Shown: piece after piece, positions 53,001 through 64,000 of the stretch
How the letters are laid out: each line of letters begins with the position of its first letter
Position numbering within the stretch: the stretch's first letter is position 1
Assembly: GCA_002189035.1 (NCBI GenBank)
Contig: NEEC01000033.1
Coordinates: 1-64,000, forward strand
Reading direction: 5' to 3'
Source of the DNA: Utricularia gibba
Lineage: Eukaryota > Plantae > Magnoliophyta
DNA length: 64,000 bases
Program-made: the position numbers and the translations under genes
Notes under the pieces: model-generated
What the model was told of the DNA's origin: nothing
Database searches by the model: none
Seen by the model: the letters and a program-made list of their open reading frames with translations, nothing else

Positions 53001-56000
53001 GTGTCCTTCCTTGGTGGCTGCGTTTAATAATGTGCTTCTCGTTCTCGAAATTGATGCAAATGGGATACACGGCAAAAGAATCAAATAGCCACTAGAGACA
53101 TGGTGTATGGGAATGGTGTATCAAGAATCAGAAGTATCATGGCAACTAATTGCATCAATCAACAGCCAAAACATATGGTGTCAAACTTCATCGGATATGC
53201 GATCAAGATGGAAAAAAGTCACATGTTACATCATGAATTTCGTGGCATCACTTATCCCAACACTATTATACTCCAGGTACGCAAAAATGTTTACTTTTAA
53301 CGAATCCAGTGCACGTGTGATTTTTCGGCTGCACCCCGAATGGTGATGCGCAATGAAATGACTATGTCGCACATCCTGGTCCACGAAGCACCTCTTCCAA
53401 AACATGCAGATGCTAACTCTTCATAGCACACCATTGGGAAGCCCTATTCGTGCTCCAAGTAGTATAATTTGGAGTTACGTTTGTCCCATAACTGTGGACA
53501 TATTAAAAACAAACCACAACGAAAAGTGTCTTACGTGTCCTTCCTTGGTGGCTGCGTTTAATAATGTGCTTCTCGTTCTCGAAATTGATGCAAATGATAC
53601 ACGGCAAAAGAATCAAATAGCCACTAGAGACATGGTGTATGGGAATGGTGTATCAAGAATCAGAAGTATCATGGCAACTAATTGCATCAATCAACAGCCA
53701 AAACATATGGTGTCAAACTTCATCGGATATGCGATCAAGATGGAAAAAAGTCACATGTTACATCATGAATTTCGTGGCATCACTTATCCCAACACTATTA
53801 TACTCCAGGTACGCAAAAATGTTTACTTTTAACGAATCCAGTGCACGTGTGATTTTTCGGCTGCACCCCGAATGGTGATGCGCAATGAAATGACTATGTC
53901 GCACATCCTGGTCCACGAAGCACCTCTTCCAAAACATGCAGATGCTAACTCTTCATAGCACACCATTGGGAAGCCCTATTCGTGCTCCAAGTAGTATAAT
54001 TTGGAGTTACGTTTGTCCCATAACTGTGGACATATTAAAAACAAACCACAACGAAAAGTGTCTTACGTGTCCTTCCTTGGTGGCTGCGTTTAATAATGTG
54101 CTTCTCGTTCTCGAAATTGATGCAAATGATACACGGCAAAAGAATCAAATAGCCACTAGAGACATGGTGTATGGGAATGGTGTATCAAGAATCAGAAGTA
54201 TCATGGCAACTAATTGCATCAATCAACAGCCAAAACATATGGTGTCAAACTTCATCGGATATGCGATCAAGATGGAAAAAAGTCACATGTTACATCATGA
54301 ATTTCGTGGCATCACTTATCCCAACACTATTATACTACGCAAAAATGTTTACTTTTAACGAATCCAGTGCACGTGTGATTTTTACCCCGAATGGTGATGC
54401 GCAATGAAATGACTATGTCGCACATCACGAAGCACCTCTTCCAAAACATGTGCACACCATCGTGCTCCAAGTAGTATAATTTGGAGTTACGTTTGTCCCA
54501 TAACTGTGGACATATTAAAAACAAACCACAACGAAAAGTGTCTTACGTGTCCTTCCTTGGTGGCTGCGTTTAATAATGTGCTTCTCGTTCTCGAAATTGA
54601 TGCAAAGATACACGGCAAAAGAATCAAATAGCCACTAGAGACATGGTGTATGGGAATGGTGCATCAAGAATCAGAAGTATCATGGCAACTAATTGCATCA
54701 ATCAACAGCCAAAACATATGTGTCAAACTTCATCGGATATGCGATCAAGATGGAAAAAGTCACATGTTACATCATGAATTTCCATCACTTATCCCAACAC
54801 TATTATACTCCAGGTACGCAAAAATGTTTACTTTTAACGAATCCAGTGCACGTGTGATTTTTCGGCTGCACCCCGAATGGTGATGCGCAATGAAATGACT
54901 ATGTCGCACATCCTGGTCCACGAAGCACCTCTTCCAAAACATGCAGATGCTAACTCTTCATAGCACACCATTGGGAAGCCCTATTCGTGCTCCAAGTAGT
55001 ATAATTTGGAGTTACGTTTGTCCCATAACTGTGGACATATTAAAAACAAACCACAACGAAAAGTGTCTTACGTGTCCTTCCTTGGTGGCTGCGTTTAATA
55101 ATGTGCTTCTCGTTCTCGAAATTGATGCAAATGGATACACGGCAAAAGAATCAAATAGCCACTAGAGACATGGTGTATGGGAATGGTGTATCAAGAATCA
55201 GAAGTATCATGGCAACTAATTGCATCAATCAACAGCCAAAACATATGGTGTCAAACTTCATCGGATATGCGATCAAGATGGAAAAAAGTCACATGTTACA
55301 TCATGAATTTCGTGGCATCACTTATCCCAACACTATTATACTCCAGGTACGCAAAAATGTTTACTTTTAACGAATCCAGTGCACGTGACCCCGAATGGTG
55401 ATGCGCAATGAAATGACTATGTCGCACATCCTGGTCCACGAAGCACCTCTTCCAAAACATGCAGATGCTAACTCTTCATAGCACACCATTGGGAAGCCCT
55501 ATTCGTGCTCCAAGTAGTATAATTTGGAGTTACGTTTGTCCCATAACTGTGGACATATTAAAAACAAACCACAACGAAAAGTGTCTTACGTGTCCTTCCT
55601 TGGTGGCTGCGTTTAATAATGTGCTTCTCGTTCTCGAAATTGATGCAAATGGGATACACGGCAAAAGAATCAAATAGCCACTAGAGACATGGTGTATGGG
55701 AATGGTGTATCAAGAATCAGAAGTATCATGGCAACTAATTGCATCAATCAACTATGGTCAAACTTCATCGGATATGCGATCAAGATGGAAAAAAGTCACA
55801 TGTTACATCACGTGGCATCACTTATCCCAACACTATTATACACCAGGTACGCAAAAATGTTTACTTTTAACGAATCCAGTGCACGTGTGATTTTTCGGCT
55901 GCAAATGGTGATGCGCAATGAAATGACTATGTCGCACAACGAAGCACCTCTTCCAAAACATGCAGATGCACACCATTTTCGTGCTCCACATAACTGTGGA

Positions 56001-56679
56001 CATATTAAAAACAAACCACAACGAAAAGTGTCTTACGTGTCCTTCCTTGGTGGCTGCGTTTAATAATGTGCTTCTCGTTCTCGAAATTGATGCAAATATA
56101 CACGGCAAAAGAATCAAATAGCCACTAGAGACATGGTGTATGGGAATGGTGTATCAAGAATCAGAAGTATCATGGCAACTAATTGCATCAATCAACAGCC
56201 AAAACATATGGTGTCAAACTTCATCGGATATGCGATCAAGATGGAAAAAAGTCACATGTTACATCATGAATTTCGTGGCATCACTTATCCCAACACTATT
56301 ATACTCCAGGTACGCAAAAATGTTTACTTTTAACGAATCCAGTGCACGTGTGATTTTTCGGCTGCACCCGAATGGTGATGCGCAATGAAATGACTATGTC
56401 GCACATCCTGGTCCACGAAGCACCTCTTCCAAAACATGCAGATGCTAACTCTTCATAGCACACCATTGGGAAGCCCTATTCGTGCTCCAAGTAGTATAAT
56501 TTGGAGTTACGTTTGTCCCATAACTGTGGACATATTAAAAACAAACCACAACGAAAAGTGTCTTACGTGTCCTTCCTTGGTGGCTGCGTTTAATAATGTG
56601 CTTCTCGTTCTCGAAATTGATGCAAATATACACGGCAAAAGAATCAAATAGCCACTAGAGACATGGTGTATGGGAATGG

Positions 56680-58490
56680 TGTCATCAAAGTATCATCAGG
56701 TATCGGATATGCGATCAAGATGGAAAAAAGTCACATGTTACATCATGCGTGGCATCACTTATCCCAACAGGTACGCAAAAATGTTTACTTTTAACGAATC
56801 CAGTGCACGTGTCAAACTGAAATCTATCGGATATGCGATCAAGGGAAAAAGTCACACATGTGTACAATCAAATGAATTTCGTGGCATCACTTATCCCAAC
56901 ACTATTATACTCCAGGTCACGCAAAAATGTTTACTTTTAACGAATCCAGTGCACGTGTGATTTTTTGGCTGCCGCACATATGTGTGCGCTTCATGTCGCA
57001 CATAACCATGGTGCCAAAACATGCAGAGCTAACGTCCCACACCATTGGGAGCTGTTTGCAAAAACCGGATTGTGTCCAAACATAAACATATTAAAAACTG
57101 TCTTACGTGTCAATAACCTCGTTCTCATCATAGGCGAGCGGCCCAATGGCATGCCACGAGTTCATGGCTCTCGTATCGAAGTCAAACAAACTACATGCAA
57201 ATCAACAAATCCAAAACATATCACAAACACATCGGTATCGATCAACACATGTTACATCCCATCACTTATCCCAACACTATTATACTCCAGGTACGCAAAA
57301 ATGTTTACTTTTAACGAATCCAGTGCACGTGTGATTTTTAACAGCACATAACGCTGTCGCACATTGGTGTCTTGCCACACACAGAAATGGTTCATTAACC
57401 ATTGGGGCCCTATGTGCTCCAAACATCCGTAATAACCTGGTCCCATAACTCGGACGCAACAACCACAAGCCACTAGTTCGTGCTTCCTTCTGAAGATCAA
57501 ACATGTTACACATCAATATCAAATAGCCACTAGAGACATGGTGTATGCATCACCGGAAGCGATCAAGATCACATGGAATTTCGTGGCATCACTTATCCCA
57601 GGTTCTTTTAATCCAACGCCAAAACATGTGGTCGTCAAACTGCGGATATGCGATCAAGATGGAAAAAAGAATGTCACAATGTGCACATACATCAAATAGG
57701 TGGCAAGAATCACATCAACTAATATCCCAACACTTCATTATATCTCACATGGTATCGCAAAAATGTTTACTTTTAACGAATCCAGTGCACGTGTGATTTT
57801 TCGGCTGCACCCCGAATGGTGATGCGCAATGAAATGACTATCGGATGGTGAAGCGAAGCAAAGTCTAAACATGCACATCTAACCTCCTCACACCATTGGG
57901 AAGCCCTACCGGCTGTTACTAATTCGTGCGTTATGTTGGTTACGTGTGGAAATATTAAAAACATAACCACAAACCACAACGAAAAGTGTCTTACGTGTCC
58001 TTCCTTGGTGGCTGCGTTTAATAATGTGCTTCTCGTTCTCGAAATTGATGCAAAACACGGCAAAAGAATCAAATAGCCACTAGAGACATGGTGTATGGGA
58101 ATGGTGTATCATCAGAAGTATCATGGCAACTAATTGCATCAATCAACAGCCAAAACATATGTGTCAAACTTCATCGGATATGCGATCAAGATGGAAAAAA
58201 GTCACATGTTACATCATGAATTTCGTGGCATCACTTATCCCAACACTATTATACTCCAGGTACGCAAAAATGTTTACTTTTAACGAATCCAGTGCACGTG
58301 TGATTTTTAGGCACCCGAATGGTGATGCGCAATGAAATGACTATGTCGCACATCCTGATCAATGCAATGCAGCACAAAAATAAGTCATAACTGCATGAAA
58401 AGTGTCTTACGTATGCATCAAGATGGCAAAAAAGTCACACCACATCATGAATATTCGTGCCATCACATTTACATCCCATCACTTATCTAT
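56680..58490. other. Degraded/scrambled patch within the B block
   Basis: Monomer fragments out of order, with partial duplications and deletions, at about 56680-57960 and 58355-58490. Confidence 0.8.
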
Positions 58491-61400
58491 TATACTCCAG
58501 GTACGCAAAAATGTTTACTTTTAACGAATCCAGTGCACGTGTGATTTTTGGCTGCACCCGAATGGTGATGCGCAATGAAATGACTATGTCGCACATCCTG
58601 ACGAAGCACCTCTTCCAAAACATGCAGATGCTAACTCTTCATAGCACACCATTGGGAAGCCCTATTCGTGCTCCAAGTAGTATAATTTGGAGTTACGTTT
58701 GTCCCATAAACATATTAAAAACAAACCACAACGAAAAGTGTCTTACGTGTCCTTCCTTGGTGGCTGCGTTTAATAATGTGCTTCTCGTTCTCGAAATTGA
58801 TGCAAACAAGATACACGGCAAAAGAATCAAATAGCCACTAGAGACATGGTGTATGGGAATGGTGTATCAAGAATCAGAAGTATCATGGCAACTAATTGAT
58901 CAATCAACAGCCAAAACATATGGTGTCAAACTTCATCGGATATGCGATCAAGATGGAAAAAAGTCACATGTTACATCATGAATTTCGTGGCATCACTTAT
59001 CCCAACACTATTATACTCCAGGTACGCAAAAATGTTTACTTTTAACGAATCCAGTGCACGTGTGATTTTTAGGCTGCACCCGAATGGTGATGCGCAATGA
59101 AATGACTATGTCGCACATCCTGCACGAAGCACCTCTTCCAAAACATGCAGATGCTAACTCTTCATAGCACACCATTGGGAAGCCCTATTCGTGCTCCAAG
59201 TATAATTGGAGTTACGTTTGTCCCATAACTGTGGACATATTAAAAACAAACCACAACGAAAAGTGTCTTACGTGTCCTTCCTTGGTGGCTGCGTTTAATA
59301 ATGTGCTTCTCGTTCTCGAAATTGATGCAAACAAGATACACGGCAAAAGAATCAAATAGCCACTAGAGACATGGTGTATGGGAATGGTGTATCAAGAATC
59401 AGAAGTATCATGGCAACTAATTGCATCAATCAACAGCCAAAACATATGTGTCAAACTTCATCGGATATGCGATCAAGATGGAAAAAAGTCACATGTTACA
59501 TCATGAATTTCGTGGCATCACTTATCCCAACACTATTATACTCCAGGTACGCAAAAATGTTTACTTTTAACGAATCCAGTGCACGTGTGATTTTTAGGCT
59601 GCACCCCGAATGGTGATGCGCAATGAAATGACTATGTCGCACATCCTGGTCACGAAGCACCTCTTCCAAAACATGCAGATGCTAACTCTTCATAGCACAC
59701 CATTGGGAAGCCCTATTCGTGCTCCAAGTAGTATAATTTGGAGTTACGTTTGTCCCATAACTGTGGACATATTAAAAACAAACCACAACGAAAAGTGTCT
59801 TACGTGTCCTTCCTTGGTGGCTGCGTTTAATAATGTGCTTCTCGTTCTCGAAATTGATGCAAAAGATACACGGCAAAAGAATCAAATAGCCACTAGAGAC
59901 ATGGTGTATGGGAATGGTGTATCAAGAATCAGAAGTATCATGGCAACTAATTGCATCAATCAACAGCCAAAACATATGGTGTCAAACTTCATCGGATATG
60001 CGATCAAGATGGAAAAAAGTCACATGTTACATCATGAATTTCGTGGCATCACTTATCCCAACACTATTATACTCCAGGTACGCAAAAATGTTTACTTTTA
60101 ACGAATCCAGTGCACGTGTGATTTTTAGGCTGCACCCGAATGGTGATGCGCAATGAAATGACTATGTCGCACATCCTGTCCACGAAGCACCTCTTCCAAA
60201 ACATGCAGATGCTAACTCTTCATAGCACACCATTGGGAAGCCCTATTCGTGCTCCAAGTAGTATAATTTGGAGTTACGTTTGTCCCATAACTGTGGACAT
60301 ATTAAAAACAAACCACAACGAAAAGTGTCTTACGTGTCCTTCCTTGGTGGCTGCGTTTAATAATGTGCTTCTCGTTCTCGAAATTGATGCAAAAAGATAC
60401 ACGGCAAAAGAATCAAATAGCCACTAGAGACATGGTGTATGGGAATGGTGTATCAAGAATCAGAAGTATCATGGCAACTAATTGCATCAATCAACATCCA
60501 AAACATATGTGTCAAACTTCATCGGATATGCGATCAAGATGGAAAAAAGTCACATGTTACATCATGAATTTCGTGGCATCACTTATCCCAACACTATTAT
60601 ACTCCAGGTACGCAAAAATGTTTACTTTTAACGAATCCAGTGCACGTGTGATTTTTCGGCTGCACCCGAATGGTGATGCGCAATGAAATGACTATGTCGC
60701 ACATCCTGGTCCACGAAGCACCTCTTCCAAAACATGCAGATGCTAACTCTTCATAGCACACCATTGGGAAGCCCTATTCGTGCTCCAAGTAGTATAATTT
60801 GGAGTTACGTTTGTCCCATAACTGGACATATTAAAAACAAACCACAACGAAAAGTGTCTTACGTGTCCTTCCTTGGTGGCTGCGTTTAATAATGTGCTTC
60901 TCGTTCTCGAAATTGATGCAAAGGATACACGGCAAAAGAATCAAATAGCCACTAGAGACATGGTGTATGGGAATGGTGTATCAAGAATCAGAAGTATCAT
61001 GGCAACTAATTGCATCAATCAACAGCCAAAACATATGGTGTCAAACTTCATCGGATATGCGATCAAGATGGAAAAAAGTCACATGTTACATCATGAATTT
61101 CGTGGCATCACTTATCCCAACACTATTATACTCCAGGTACGCAAAAATGTTTACTTTTAACGAATCCAGTGCACGTGTGATTTTTCGGCTGCACCCCGAA
61201 TGGTGATGCGCAATGAAATGACTATGTCGCACATCCTGGTCACGAAGCACCTCTTCCAAAACATGCAGATGCTAACTCTTCATAGCACACCATTGGGAAG
61301 CCCTATTCGTGCTCCAAGTAGTATAATTTGGAGTTACGTTTGTCCCATAACTGTGGACATATTAAAAACAAACCACAACGAAAAGTGTCTTACGTGTCCT

Positions 61401-64000
61401 TCCTTGGTGGCTGCGTTTAATAATGTGCTTCTCGTTCTCGAAATTGATGCAAACAAGATACACGGCAAAAGAATCAAATAGCCACTAGAGACATGGTGTA
61501 TGGGAATGGTGTATCAAGAATCAGAAGTATCATGGCAACTAATTGCATCAATCAACAGCCAAAACATATGTGTCAAACTTCATCGGATATGCGATCAAGA
61601 TGGAAAAAAGTCACATGTTACATCATGAATTTCGTGGCATCACTTATCCCAACACTATTATACTCCAGGTACGCAAAAATGTTTACTTTTAACGAATCCA
61701 GTGCACGTGTGATTTTTAGGCTGCACCCCGAATGGTGATGCGCAATGAAATGACTATGTCGCACATCCTGGTCCACGAAGCACCTCTTCCAAAACATGCA
61801 GATGCTAACTCTTCATAGCACACCATTGGGAAGCCCTATTCGTGCTCCAAGTAGTATAATTTGGAGTTACGTTTGTCCCATAACTGTGGACATATTAAAA
61901 ACAAACCACAACGAAAAGTGTCTTACGTGTCCTTCCTTGGTGGCTGCGTTTAATAATGTGCTTCTCGTTCTCGAAATTGATGCAAACAAGATACACGGCA
62001 AAAGAATCAAATAGCCACTAGAGACATGGTGTATGGGAATGGTGTATCAAGAATCAGAAGTATCATGGCAACTAATTGCATCAATCAACAGCCAAAACAT
62101 ATGGTGTCAAACTTCATCGGATATGCGATCAAGATGGAAAAAAGTCACATGTTACATCATGAATTTCGTGGCATCACTTATCCCAACACTATTATACTCC
62201 AGGTACGCAAAAATGTTTACTTTTAACGAATCCAGTGCACGTGTGATTTTTCGGCTGCACCCGAATGGTGATGCGCAATGAAATGACTATGTCGCACATC
62301 CTGTCCACGAAGCACCTCTTCCAAAACATGCAGATGCTAACTCTTCATAGCACACCATTGGGAAGCCCTATTCGTGCTCCAAGTAGTATAATTTGGAGTT
62401 ACGTTTGTCCCATAACTGTGGACATATTAAAAACAAACCACAACGAAAAGTGTCTTACGTGTCCTTCCTTGGTGGCTGCGTTTAATAATGTGCTTCTCGT
62501 TCTCGAAATTGATGCAAACAAGATACACGGCAAAAGAATCAAATAGCCACTAGAGACATGGTGTATGGGAATGGTGTATCAAGAATCAGAAGTATCATGG
62601 CAACTAATTGCATCAATCAACATCCAAAACATATGGTCAAACTTCATCGGATATGCGATCAAGATGGAAAAAAGTCACATGTTACATCATGAATTTCGTG
62701 GCATCACTTATCCCAACACTATTATACTCCAGGTACGCAAAAATGTTTACTTTTAACGAATCCAGTGCACGTGTGATTTTTAGGCTGCACCCCGAATGGT
62801 GATGCGCAATGAAATGACTATGTCGCACATCCTGGTCACGAAGCACCTCTTCCAAAACATGCAGATGCTAACTCTTCATAGCACACCATTGGGAAGCCCT
62901 ATTCGTGCTCCAAGTAGTATAATTTGGAGTTACGTTTGTCCCATAACTGTGGACATATTAAAAACAAACCACAACGAAAAGTGTCTTACGTGTCCTTCCT
63001 TGGTGGCTGCGTTTAATAATGTGCTTCTCGTTCTCGAAATTGATGCAAAAAGATACACGGCAAAAGAATCAAATAGCCACTAGAGACATGGTGTATGGGA
63101 ATGGTGTATCAAGAATCAGAAGTATCATGGCAACTAATTGCATCAATCAACAGCCAAAACATATGTGTCAAACTTCATCGGATATGCGATCAAGATGGAA
63201 AAAGTCACATGTTACATCATGAATTTCGTGGCATCACTTATCCCAACACTATTATACACCAGGTACGCAAAAATGTTTACTTTTAACGAATCCAGTGCAC
63301 GTGTGATTTTTCGGCTGCACCCGAATGGTGATGCGCAATGAAATGACTATGTCGCACATCCTGGTCCACGAAGCACCTCTTCCAAAACATGCAGAGCTAA
63401 CTCTTCATAGCACACCATTGGGAAGCCCTATTCGTGCTCCAAGTAGTATAATTGGAGTTACGTTTGTCCCATAACTGTGGACATATTAAAAACAAACCAC
63501 AACGAAAAGTGTCTTACGTGTCCTTCCTTGGTGGCTGCGTTTAATAATGTGCTTCTCGTTCTCGAAATTGATGCAAACAAGATACACGGCAAAAGAATCA
63601 AATAGCCACTAGAGACATGGTGTATGGGAATGGTGTATCAAGAATCAGAAGTATCATGGCAACTAATTGCATCAATCAACAGCCAAAACATATGGTGTCA
63701 AACTTCATCGGATATGCGATCAAGATGGAAAAAGTCACATGTTACATCATGAATTTCGTGGCATCACTTATCCCAACACTATTATACTCCAGGTACGCAA
63801 AAATGTTTACTTTTAACGAATCCAGTGCACGTGTGATTTTTAGGCTGCACCCGAATGGTGATGCGCAATGAAATGACTATGTCGCACATCCTGTCACGAA
63901 GCACCTCTTCCAAAACATGCAGATGCTAACTCTTCATAGCACACCATTGGGAAGCCCTATTCGTGCTCCAAGTAGTATAATTTGGAGTTACGTTTGTCCC

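Larger units (their letters stand above)
1..64000 (+). repeat. Tandem (satellite-like) array of a 534-bp monomer, about 120 head-to-tail copies, running off both window ends
   Basis: The anchor CCACTAGAGAC recurs at 177, 708, 1241, 1748, 2279, 2813, 3347, 3880, 4414, 4947, 5481, 6015 and onward, with a modal spacing of 534 bp (also 42388 to 42922). I saw no inverted copies and no unrelated inserted sequence. Confidence 0.99.
35101..64000 (+). repeat. Predominantly subfamily B block (about 55 monomers) with frequent small deletions
   Basis: B alleles dominate. The cleanest runs are about 42.1-43.8 kb and 52.5-54.1 kb. A alleles appear locally at about 38.8-41.0 kb and, at offsets 238 and 507-509 only, after about 58.8 kb. 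Confidence 0.92.

Noticed and set aside
195-63871. Hundreds of 60-173 aa ORFs in the ORF track as protein-coding genes
   Set aside because: They are the same few frames repeated once per monomer, on both strands, with no domain I recognise. The longer ones (e.g. 44296-44724, 47432-47953, 59610-60101) arise only where small indels fuse frames.
1-64000. CRISPR array
   Set aside because: There are no short repeats separated by unique spacers; the entire 534 bp repeats. No cas genes are present.

Overview
The whole 64-kb window is one head-to-tail tandem array (satellite-type DNA) of a 534-bp monomer, about 120 copies, all in the same orientation. A hand count of one monomer gives about 41% GC. 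I found no credible protein-coding gene, RNA gene, transposon, CRISPR array or unique sequence. The ORF-track entries are the same few short frames recurring once per monomer. Two monomer subfamilies, A and B, differ at 11 diagnostic sites (13 nt, about 2.4%) and are arranged in blocks: A/B mosaic units at 1-2.8 kb, a near-invariant A block at 2.8-20 kb, a degraded then interdigitated A/B zone at 20-35 kb, and a mostly B block at 35-64 kb with some A alleles returning distally. Bursts of deletion-rich, scrambled sequence built from monomer fragments look like long-read basecalling or consensus error, so fine-scale variants need independent confirmation. I cannot name the repeat family or the organism, and I see no evidence for a novel gene system. 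The interesting features are the array architecture and the properties of the monomer.
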